33,378 nucleotides of DNA from Actinomycetota bacterium (lineage in GTDB: Bacteria > Actinomycetota > Actinomycetes > S36-B12), in contig JBEGLG010000213.1 of NCBI GenBank assembly GCA_041183645.1, forward strand, positions 1-33,378. The letters are read 5' to 3'. Positions 26,445 to 33,378 of this stretch are shown here, piece after piece. The notes below the pieces were generated by a model. That model searched no databases. It saw only the letters and a program-made list of their open reading frames with translations, and had not been told where the DNA came from. A program made the position numbers and the translations under genes. The first letter of the stretch is position 1; every line of letters starts with the position of its first letter.

Positions 26445-26888
26445 ATGGGTGACCTCAATGAGGTGGGTGAGCGCGACCACTGGCGGTGCTGGCTCTGCGA
26501 TGAGCCGGTTGACCCTGATGCATCAGTCAACGCCGATCGCGGACCAAGTGTCGATTCGGGCCTCGTCTCCAAGGACAAGAGGGCCAAGGCGGGTATCGAG
26601 CGCCTGGCCCATCGTTCCTGCAACACGCGCAAGGGCAAGATCGCGCCGGTAGTGCCGTGGTCGACCGATCTCTTCGTCGTGGATCCTGCGCCGATCGTCG
26701 CCACTGTTGACCGTCTCGCGCGCAAGGGCGGCCAGGAGGTGGTCGCTCGCTGCCCGAGCCAGGCCGATGCAGATGAGGCCGCGACCTGGCTCATCGACCG
26801 ACTCACGAGGTTTGCCCCTGATCTCTCGCTCGAGACGAGGATCGATCCCGGTGGCGGGCAATTCCTGCTTGTCCTGCGCGCGACCTAG
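26445..26888 (+). CDS. HNH-like nuclease-fold protein with an uncharacterised C-terminal domain
   Basis: CxxC (RCWLCDEPVD), then ..PSVDSGL.. and LAHRSCNTRKG (HNH C-terminal H-x3-C-N-x2-K-G). The position normally holding the catalytic D-H reads D-S. About 80 further residues carry no motif I recognise. Confidence 0.55.
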   Translation: MGDLNEVGERDHWRCWLCDEPVDPDASVNADRGPSVDSGLVSKDKRAKAGIERLAHRSCNTRKGKIAPVVPWSTDLFVVDPAPIVATVDRLARKGGQEVVARCPSQADADEAATWLIDRLTRFAPDLSLETRIDPGGGQFLLVLRAT

Positions 26889-26914
26889 TCAGGTCGACGT
26901 CCGGCATGTCGGGA

Positions 26915-27361
26915 TCAGGCGAGATGCGACCACACCTGGAGATCGTGCCGACCGTCGGCGCGCACCTGCGCGCCCCGCGCCACTCCCTCGAAGCTGAAGC
27001 CGGCCTTCTCGAGTGCGCGCTGCTCAGCGATATTGAGCACGTCGGTCGACGCTTCGACACGATGAATGCCACGGGCGTGCAGCATCCGAGCAAGCGTGCG
27101 CTGCGCCTGCCCGCCGATGCCCTTGCCGCGCTGGTCGGGAATGAGTGCGATGCCGATGTTCATCGCCATTGATCCTGATGTGGGGCCGTACCAGTTAGGG
27201 TGCGCGCTCACCATTCCGACGACCTGCCCATCGACGAGCACCAGCCAGCGCTCAAGGCCCAGGGGCTGAGCGGCGGGGTCGCGGTCGCCCCAGTCCTCGA
27301 ATTCGCTCGGAGTCTCGGGCATCTCCTCGCTGCCATCGCAGGCGCGCAGCTCGATATTCAT
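26915..27361 (-). CDS. GNAT-family N-acetyltransferase (RimJ/RimL-like, 148 aa)
   Basis: Start reset to the ATG at 27361, because the upstream gene ends at 27382. Acetyl-CoA motif A QRGKGIGGQA is present, and the C-terminal NIAEQRALEKAGFSFEG is typical of the family. Confidence 0.8.
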   Translation of the reverse strand: MNIELRACDGSEEMPETPSEFEDWGDRDPAAQPLGLERWLVLVDGQVVGMVSAHPNWYGPTSGSMAMNIGIALIPDQRGKGIGGQAQRTLARMLHARGIHRVEASTDVLNIAEQRALEKAGFSFEGVARGAQVRADGRHDLQVWSHLA

Positions 27362-27381
27362 GGGCTCATTGTGCTCGGGCC

Positions 27382-28218
27382 TCACGTCGAGCGGCGCCAG
27401 ATGTAGGGCGTGGTCGTCGTGACGGCGAGGAAGCCCGAGCGTTCCAGGATCGGGCGGCTGTACTCGGTGCTGTCGCTGTTCAGGTAGAGCACGCCCTTGG
27501 CCTGCGCTGACCGCGCGCGCGCCGCCGTGAGCGCGCGGTAGATGCCCTGACCGCGCCATTCGGCTCGCGTGGCGCCACCCCAGAGTCCCGCGAAATCGGT
27601 ACCGGGCACGAGCTCGAGACGTCCGGCGCTCACGACGTCTCCGCCCGCCTCGACAATCCAGGCTTCCTTGAGCAGGGGATGCTCGAGAAGTGATGTCGCG
27701 TACTCGGCAGGATCCTGATGAGCGGGCCGACCGAAGACCTCATCCTGCATGGCGATCATGCGCCTGACATCGTCAGTGGTGCGCTCACGCGAATGTATCG
27801 TGCCGTCAGGCTCGAAGCCGATCCGGCGAAGGGAGACGCCGGCAGGAAGCGGGCGTTCCCCGGCCAGCATGCCCACTTCGCCGATCATCACTGTCTCGGG
27901 CTCCTGCGGCTCGAATCCCTGGGCCACGAGTCGATTGCCGAGATCTGCCGGCAGATCATGGCCGCGTGTCTTCCACTCGAATTCATCAACGATGGTGGAG
28001 TCACGGAAATAGGCGATCGTCCGAGCGATCAGGTCATCGAGCGCCCCGCCCTCGAGACCGTCTAGCGACTGATACGAGACGAAGCCGGCCTGTGGCCCGA
28101 AGAGTGTGCGAAACAGAGGGCCGTCCTGAGTCGCGAACTCGCCATTCGCCTCGGCCTCTCCGCGCAACTGTGCGTCGTAGGTGCTGCGCAGTTCACGAAT
28201 CCGGTCGGTGCCGCTCAC
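27382..28218 (-). CDS. Two-domain GNAT-family acetyltransferase
   Basis: The C-terminal half carries motif A (RGQGIYRALTAA). The N-terminal half looks like a degenerate GNAT fold. The GTG at 28218 is preferred over the ATG at 28272, which would overlap the divergent gene. The start is uncertain. Confidence 0.7.
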   Translation of the reverse strand: MSGTDRIRELRSTYDAQLRGEAEANGEFATQDGPLFRTLFGPQAGFVSYQSLDGLEGGALDDLIARTIAYFRDSTIVDEFEWKTRGHDLPADLGNRLVAQGFEPQEPETVMIGEVGMLAGERPLPAGVSLRRIGFEPDGTIHSRERTTDDVRRMIAMQDEVFGRPAHQDPAEYATSLLEHPLLKEAWIVEAGGDVVSAGRLELVPGTDFAGLWGGATRAEWRGQGIYRALTAARARSAQAKGVLYLNSDSTEYSRPILERSGFLAVTTTTPYIWRRST

Positions 28219-28264
28219 GGCCCCACGATAGGCGAGGTTGCGGGGCCCACGGAAGAATGATTCC

Positions 28265-30271
28265 GTGCCCAATCGCCTCGCGAATTCGACCTCTCCCTAC
28301 CTCCAGCAGCACGCCGATAACCCGGTCGACTGGTGGGAGTGGTCGCCCGAGGCCTTCGAGGAGGCCCGGCGACGCGATGTGCCGATCTTCCTGTCAATCG
28401 GCTACAGCGCGTGCCACTGGTGCCATGTGATGGCGCACGAGTGCTTCGAGAACGATGCGATGGCCGAGTACCTCAACGCGAACTTCCTCGCCATCAAGGT
28501 CGATCGCGAGGAGCGCCCCGATGTCGACTCGGTCTACATGGACGCCACTGTCGCGCTGACCGGTCAGGGAGGCTGGCCGATGAGCGTGTTCATCGATCAT
28601 GATGCGCGGCCGTTCTATGCGGGCACCTATTTCCCTCCGAGGCCTGCGCATGGCATGCCCTCCTTCCCGCAGATCATGACCGGGATCTCCGAGGCCTGGA
28701 CTTCGGGGCGCGACGACATCATCTCGGCGGCCGAGCGCATCGGAGGGGCCCTGGCCGAGCGACGGCTGCTGCAGTCCGATGACGAGATTCCTGACGCGGG
28801 AGTACTGGCGCGCGCCGTCGAGCATCTTGCGCGCGAGTTCGACAGCGTGAATTCCGGATTCGGCGGAGCTCCGAAGTTCCCGCCGTCGATGCTGCTCGAG
28901 TTCCTGCTGCGCGAGACTGCCCGCACCGGTAACGGTGAGAGCTACCGCATGGCGTCGGCGACCCTCGAGGCGATGGCGCGAGGCGGCATGTACGACCAGC
29001 TCGGCGGCGGCTTCGCGCGGTACAGCGTCGACGCGGGTTGGGTCGTGCCGCACTTCGAGAAGATGCTGTACGACAACGCGCTGCTCCTGCGCGTGTATGC
29101 GCATTGGTATCGACTGACCGCTGATCCGCTTGCGCATCGCGTCGTGCGCGAGACTGCCGAGTTCCTGCTGCGCGACCTGCGCACCCCCGAGGGTGCCTTC
29201 GCGGCCGCACTCGATGCCGACAGTGAGGGCGTCGAGGGAAAGTTCTATGCCTGGACTCCCGATGAACTCGTCGAGGTACTCGGAGACGACGACGGCACCT
29301 GGGCAGCGCAGCTGCTTGAGGTCACTGCTGCCGGGACATTCGAGCACGGGTCCTCCACGTTGCAGATGCTGAGCGATCCGCCGGATCTGGGCCGCTGGCT
29401 GCGCATTCGCTCGGCGCTCTTCGAGGCCCGTGAGCAGCGCGTGCACCCCGGCCGCGATGACAAGGTCGTGGCGTCGTGGAACGGCCTGGTCATTGCGGCG
29501 CTCGCCGATGCCGGCGTGCTGCTCAATGAGCCCGCCTGGATCGACGCGGCAGTCGAGGCCGCCGATCTCCTGATCTCCGTGCACCTCGGGGCTGCGGGCG
29601 ATGATCGACTCGCTCGCACCTCGCGCGATGGCGTGGCCGGCAGTAGTGCGGGCGTACTCGATGACTACGGCAGCGTGGCCGAGGGACTCCTCGCGCTCTA
29701 CCAGGCGACGGGTAATGACGAATGGCTGATGTTCGCAGGCCTGCTGCTCGACCTGGCGATCCAGCACTTCGCCGATGATGAAGGCGGCTTCTACGACACT
29801 GCCGATGATGCGGAGCAGTTGATCATCCGGCCCCGTGATCCGTCCGACAACGCCGAGCCGTCGGGATGGTTCGCGGTGGCCAACGCGTGCGTGACCTACT
29901 CCGCGCTCACGGGGCTCCAGGAGTATCGCGTGATCGCCGAGGAGGCACTTCGCATTGTCACGATGCTGGCCGCACGTGCCCCTCGCGTGGCCGGCTGGGG
30001 GCTGGTCGCTGCATCAGCGATTGTCGCAGGGCCGGTAGAGATCGCGGTGTCCGGCACCCCCGACAACGCGGGCTTCGCCGAACTGCTCGCTGCCGCTCGC
30101 TTCGTGCCGCTGCCCGGCACGGTCATCGCGTGGGGTGACCCCGACGTTCCGCTGATGCGCGATCGACCGCTCATCGACGGCAAGCCCGCGGCTTACATCT
30201 GCCGGGGCTTTGTGTGCACGGCACCCGTGACCGAGGCCTCGTCCATGCGGGCTCGGCTCGAGGCCCTTTAG
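28265..30271 (+). CDS. Thioredoxin-domain (DUF255) / six-hairpin glycosidase-like protein (YyaL / Rv1084-like)
   Basis: NRLANSTSPYLQQHADNPVDWWEW and SIGYSACHWCHVM form the DUF255 N-terminus. A long alpha/alpha-toroid-like C-terminal region follows. Start set to the in-frame GTG at 28265. Confidence 0.85.
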   Translation: MPNRLANSTSPYLQQHADNPVDWWEWSPEAFEEARRRDVPIFLSIGYSACHWCHVMAHECFENDAMAEYLNANFLAIKVDREERPDVDSVYMDATVALTGQGGWPMSVFIDHDARPFYAGTYFPPRPAHGMPSFPQIMTGISEAWTSGRDDIISAAERIGGALAERRLLQSDDEIPDAGVLARAVEHLAREFDSVNSGFGGAPKFPPSMLLEFLLRETARTGNGESYRMASATLEAMARGGMYDQLGGGFARYSVDAGWVVPHFEKMLYDNALLLRVYAHWYRLTADPLAHRVVRETAEFLLRDLRTPEGAFAAALDADSEGVEGKFYAWTPDELVEVLGDDDGTWAAQLLEVTAAGTFEHGSSTLQMLSDPPDLGRWLRIRSALFEAREQRVHPGRDDKVVASWNGLVIAALADAGVLLNEPAWIDAAVEAADLLISVHLGAAGDDRLARTSRDGVAGSSAGVLDDYGSVAEGLLALYQATGNDEWLMFAGLLLDLAIQHFADDEGGFYDTADDAEQLIIRPRDPSDNAEPSGWFAVANACVTYSALTGLQEYRVIAEEALRIVTMLAARAPRVAGWGLVAASAIVAGPVEIAVSGTPDNAGFAELLAAARFVPLPGTVIAWGDPDVPLMRDRPLIDGKPAAYICRGFVCTAPVTEASSMRARLEAL

Positions 30272-30286
30272 AGGTAGCCTTCGGGC

Positions 30287-31048
30287 GTGGGTCTCTCCGA
30301 TGTTCTCTACGGCGTGTACGAGCGCCGTCTCATGGCGCAGATCCCGCCCGAGCGCCGGCCGCGCCACGTAGGCGTCATCCTCGATGGCAATCGCCGCTGG
30401 GCCGAGGCACAGGGCTCATCCTCGTCGGCGGGCCACCGTGCCGGTGCCGCGAAGATCGTCGACTTCCTCGGCTGGTGCGATGAGGCAGGTGTCGAGGTCG
30501 TCACCTTGTGGCTGCTCTCGACCGACAACCTGAATCGTCCCGAGGCCGAGCTCACCGCGCTACTCGGCATCATCGAAGACACCGTCTCCGATCTCGTGGG
30601 CCAGGGAAAGTGGCGGCTCCATCCGGTAGGGGCACTCGACATGCTTCCCGAGCAGACGCGAACCCTGCTCAAGGAAGCCGAGCTGGCCACCTCCGGCATT
30701 GATGGCTCACTGGTCAATGTCGCGGTCGGCTATGGCGGCCGTCGCGAGGTTGTCGATGCAGTCAAGGCACTGCTCAACGAGCACGCGACCGCCGGCACGA
30801 CTCTCGATGAGCTCGCGCAGCTCGTCGACGTCGATCACATCGCCCAGCACCTCTACACGAGCGGACAGCCGGATCCCGATCTGGTGATCCGTACCTCGGG
30901 TGAGCAGCGCCTCTCGGGCTTCCTGCTGTGGCAGAGCGCTCACTCGGAGTTTTACTTCTGCGAGGCCTACTGGCCCGATTTCCGGCACGTCGACTTCCTG
31001 CGTGCCATGCGCGCCTTCGCCGATCGCAATCGCCGCTTCGGCACGTAA
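30287..31048 (+). CDS. uppS: cis-Prenyltransferase (UppS family; short-chain Z-isoprenyl diphosphate synthase-like)
   Basis: Contains DGNRRWA, GYGGRRE and IRTSGEQRLSGFLLWQ. The N-terminal LYGVYERRL resembles, from memory, the Rv1086-type paralogue. Product chain length cannot be judged from sequence. Confidence 0.88.
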   Translation: MGLSDVLYGVYERRLMAQIPPERRPRHVGVILDGNRRWAEAQGSSSSAGHRAGAAKIVDFLGWCDEAGVEVVTLWLLSTDNLNRPEAELTALLGIIEDTVSDLVGQGKWRLHPVGALDMLPEQTRTLLKEAELATSGIDGSLVNVAVGYGGRREVVDAVKALLNEHATAGTTLDELAQLVDVDHIAQHLYTSGQPDPDLVIRTSGEQRLSGFLLWQSAHSEFYFCEAYWPDFRHVDFLRAMRAFADRNRRFGT

Positions 31049-31197
31049 CCTGAGCGCAACCTCGTGCTCACTTTCACGAGCGGCGTGTCGGGGGTCGGCG
31101 AACGGTGGGCAGTCCTAGCGTCAGGTCAGAGCCAGTAACCGCTGACTCGTAACCGACATTCGGGCTCACCCGACGGTGGCCCACCGGGAGGCCCCTC

Positions 31198-32499
31198 GTG
31201 CCCAAGGCAGACCGCCGCACTTACGTCCTCGATACGTCCGTACTGCTGTCTGACCCGCGAGCACTCCTGCGGTTCGATGAGCACGACGTCGTCATCCCGG
31301 TAGTGGTGGTCACCGAGCTCGAGGCCAAACGCAGTCATCCGGAACTCGGGTATTTCGCACGCCAGGCACTTCGTCTTCTCGACGAGCTGCGCATCGCGCA
31401 CGGCCGCATCGACGAGCCGATGTCGGTGGGCGACGCGGGCGGCACCGTGCACATCGAGCTCAATCACAGTGATCCCATGATCCTGCCGAGCGGATTGCGT
31501 CTCGGCGACAACGACACTCGCATCCTTGCCGTCGCGCGAAACCTCGCTGCCGATGGTCACGACGTCGTGCTTGTCAGCAAGGACCTCCCGATGCGCGTCA
31601 AGGCATCGGCCGCGGGTCTCACCGCGGAGGAGTATCGCGCCGAGCTCGTCGTCGCCTCCGGCTACACGGGCATCGTCGAGCTCGATGTGGCCTCGGAGAC
31701 CATCGACACCATGTACGAGGAGAACATCGTCGATGTCGACGATGCCATCGACCTTCCGGTGAACACCGGCCTGGTGATGATGTCGGATCGCGGAAGCGCG
31801 CTCGGTCGCGTCACGGCCGACAAGCGCGTGCGCCTGGTGCGCGGCGATCGCGAGGCGTTCGGCATCCACGGACGCAGCGCCGAGCAGCGCATTGCCCTCG
31901 ACATCCTGATGGATCCTGATATCGGCATCGTCTCCCTCGGCGGCCGCGCTGGCACTGGCAAGAGCGCCCTGGCTCTGTGTGCAGGTCTCGAGGCGGTGCT
32001 CGAGCGCGGTCAGCATCGCAAGGTGATGGTGTTCCGTCCGCTCTTCGCCGTGGGTGGTCAGGAGCTCGGCTACCTGCCGGGCAGTGAGCAGGAGAAGATG
32101 GGCCCGTGGGGCCAGGCGGTCTACGACACCCTGAGTGCCATCACCACGCAGGAGGTCGTCGAGGAGATCGTCGACCGCGGAATGCTCGAGGTGCTGCCCC
32201 TGACCCATATCCGCGGCAGGTCGCTGCACGACGCCTTCGTCATCGTCGACGAGGCGCAGTCACTCGAGCGCAATGTGCTGCTCACGGTGCTCTCCCGCAT
32301 CGGCAAGGACAGCCGAGTGGTGCTCACCCATGACGTCGCGCAGCGCGACAACCTGCGCGTGGGGCGCCACGATGGCGTGGTCGCCGTGGTCGAGAAGCTC
32401 AAGGGTCACCCGCTCTTCGCGCACGTCACCTTGACCCGATCCGAGCGATCGCCGATCGCGGCCCTGGTGACCGAGATGCTCGAGGACCTCCAGATCTGA
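31198..32499 (+). CDS. phoH2: PhoH2: N-terminal PIN domain fused to a PhoH-like ATPase
   Basis: GTG start is preceded by GGGAGG. PIN acidic residues occur in YVLDTSVLL.. and ..[13 protein letters not shown]. The PhoH domain has Walker A GRAGTGKS and Walker B IVDEAQ. Confidence 0.9.
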   Translation: MPKADRRTYVLDTSVLLSDPRALLRFDEHDVVIPVVVVTELEAKRSHPELGYFARQALRLLDELRIAHGRIDEPMSVGDAGGTVHIELNHSDPMILPSGLRLGDNDTRILAVARNLAADGHDVVLVSKDLPMRVKASAAGLTAEEYRAELVVASGYTGIVELDVASETIDTMYEENIVDVDDAIDLPVNTGLVMMSDRGSALGRVTADKRVRLVRGDREAFGIHGRSAEQRIALDILMDPDIGIVSLGGRAGTGKSALALCAGLEAVLERGQHRKVMVFRPLFAVGGQELGYLPGSEQEKMGPWGQAVYDTLSAITTQEVVEEIVDRGMLEVLPLTHIRGRSLHDAFVIVDEAQSLERNVLLTVLSRIGKDSRVVLTHDVAQRDNLRVGRHDGVVAVVEKLKGHPLFAHVTLTRSERSPIAALVTEMLEDLQI

Positions 32500-32539
32500 G
32501 CCCGATTCGCCCCTGACTCGTCAAATGTGACGACCGTCA

Positions 32540-32692
32540 CTTGCTGCCCGAATCATGGGGGAGACTCGAGGGGTAAGTCCCCTTTGTCCCTGTTCCCGGT
32601 GACGGTCGCGGAGCCCCGCGAAGGTGACAGAAACGGGATTCTTAGGCACCGTAGGGGAGTCATCGAGCCAGTCGGTGACCTCATTCGGAGGT
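32540..32692 (+). promoter_or_regulatory. Candidate ydaO/yuaA-class (cyclic-di-AMP) riboswitch leader
   Basis: A 196-nt non-coding leader precedes a cell-wall-hydrolase-like gene. It holds two similar half-sites, CCCGAATCATGGGGGAGACTCGAG and GGGATTC..GTAGGGGAGTCATCGAG, which suggests pseudo-two-fold symmetry. It also has a GGGGTAAGTC element and a 3' CAGTCGGTGACCTCATTCGGAGG that runs into the Shine-Dalgarno sequence. The match to the remembered consensus (..GAAUC..GGGG.., ..CAGCUAACCUCGUAAGCG) is partial. Confidence 0.5.
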
Positions 32693-32695
32693 GTC

Positions 32696-33378
32696 ATGCT
32701 CAGCCGGCTGCAGTCCGCCACGGTGGCGGCGCTCACCCTCGGGGCCTTCGGCCTCGGCGTGGTGCTCGCTCCTGCCGTCTCGGCCGCAGAGACCGACAGC
32801 ACCACGACCTCCGTCGCGACTCCCGCCCCCGCCTCCTCCGACCCTGCCGCGAGCCCGACACCCACCGCTCAGAACGTCACGGCGAAGGCGCAGTCATCGA
32901 CCGTCGAGCGCGAGCGCCAGTACGCACGGGGCCAAGGCGCCGCTGCCGACCGTCGCGGCCTGATGGCGAGTCTGTACAAGGGCGCGGGCTACAGCTACTC
33001 GGCCGAGAAGAACCGACTGTGCATCGCCAAGCGCGAGAGCCACGGCAACTACACCTCCGGTTCCACCCACAGCCCGTATCAGGGTGCGTACCAGATGAGT
33101 CGAGCCCTGGCTCGCGGTGCCACCTGGATGATGCAGCCGGCGGTCAAGCGTCAATTCGGTGCCGAGGGCCTGAAGATCCTGAGCAGCCTGCGACGGACTC
33201 CGGTCGTCAAGTGGAATCGCTACTGGCAGGACCGCGCCTTCTTCGCGATCTGGCGCGGAGGCAAGGGTCGTGCTCATTGGGGCGGACTCTGCTGGCTGTC
33301 ACCGGCACAGATCAAGGCTGCGAAGATCGCGCACGCCAAGGCGCTCGCGGCCAAGCGCGCTCACGCCAAGGCAGTAGC
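32696..33378 (+). CDS. Secreted lysozyme-like / Rpf-like transglycosylase-domain protein (3' end outside the window)
   Basis: Not in the ORF track because the frame has no stop before the window ends. The ATG at 32696 is preceded by GGAGG. Signal peptide MLSRLQSATVAALTLGAFGLGVVLAPAVSA|AE, then a Thr/Ser/Pro/Ala linker. The segment CIAKRESHGNYTS..SPYQGAYQMS parallels the Rpf-type ..CES.GNW..GGLQFS catalytic region. Confidence 0.7.
   Translation, partial: MLSRLQSATVAALTLGAFGLGVVLAPAVSAAETDSTTTSVATPAPASSDPAASPTPTAQNVTAKAQSSTVERERQYARGQGAAADRRGLMASLYKGAGYSYSAEKNRLCIAKRESHGNYTSGSTHSPYQGAYQMSRALARGATWMMQPAVKRQFGAEGLKILSSLRRTPVVKWNRYWQDRAFFAIWRGGKGRAHWGGLCWLSPAQIKAAKIAHAKALAAKRAHAKAV

Noticed and set aside
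28394-29767. 457-aa minus-strand ORF antisense to the DUF255 gene
   Set aside because: It is a shadow ORF. The plus frame has the CHWCHVM thioredoxin-like motif and reads continuously for about 669 aa.
31049-31197. phoAT-like small antitoxin ORF or structured leader upstream of phoH2
   Set aside because: The only small ORF I could read (GTG at 31064, 24 codons, stop at 31136-31138) has no RBS and does not overlap the phoH2 start. The leader has a GTAACCG direct repeat (31135-31141 and 31149-31155) and short hairpins (GTCAG..CTGAC, CGGTGG-C-CCACCG). These are too short to distinguish from chance in GC-rich DNA.
31126-32229. 367-aa minus-strand ORF antisense to phoH2
   Set aside because: The plus frame has a PIN domain plus Walker A and B motifs. 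The antisense product is Asp/His/Arg/Ala rich with no motif.
32691-32963. 90-aa Pro/Arg/Ser-rich ORF listed in the track
   Set aside because: It is out of frame relative to the ORF starting at 32696. That ORF has an RBS, a signal peptide and a lysozyme-like motif, and continues to the window end.

Overview
GC-rich, tightly packed actinobacterial chromosomal segment. All calls come from reading motifs in the supplied translations and the DNA; no searches were run. The order mfd, mazG, eno, ftsB-like, DUF501, ppx, and later greA, DUF4307, mca, DUF255 thioredoxin-like, cis-prenyltransferase, phoH2, matches my recollection of the Mycobacterium tuberculosis Rv1020-1026 and Rv1080c-1095 neighbourhoods. 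Between these core blocks lie accessory-looking genes:
- a LacI regulator with a small GH32/GH68-like enzyme
- a dienelactone hydrolase
- an MFS / Cys-type sulfatase / msrA / small-ORF operon
- an HExxH metallohydrolase plus DUF2786 pair, followed by a DrrAB-like ABC-2 exporter
- an HNH-like protein and two tandem GNAT genes

Many track ORFs carry N-terminal extensions. I re-set starts where 4-nt start/stop overlaps (ATGA, GTGA, TAATG) or Shine-Dalgarno sequences support it. I saw no transposase, integrase, CRISPR array, rRNA or recognisable multi-gene defence system.

Items the ORF track does not explain:
1. A well-folding 74-nt tRNA at 12174-12247 with a UAA (UUA-reading, Leu) anticodon but a short class-I variable loop.
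2. A roughly 150-nt structured leader at 32540-32692 resembling a ydaO / cyclic-di-AMP riboswitch. It precedes an Rpf/lysozyme-like secreted protein whose ORF runs off the window and is missing from the track.
3. A perfect 28-bp palindrome across the dienelactone hydrolase stop codon.
4. A LacI-type operator palindrome in an AT-rich island.

The best candidates for uncharacterised biology are the odd tRNA and the translationally coupled HExxH/DUF2786 module. Neither is proven by sequence alone.
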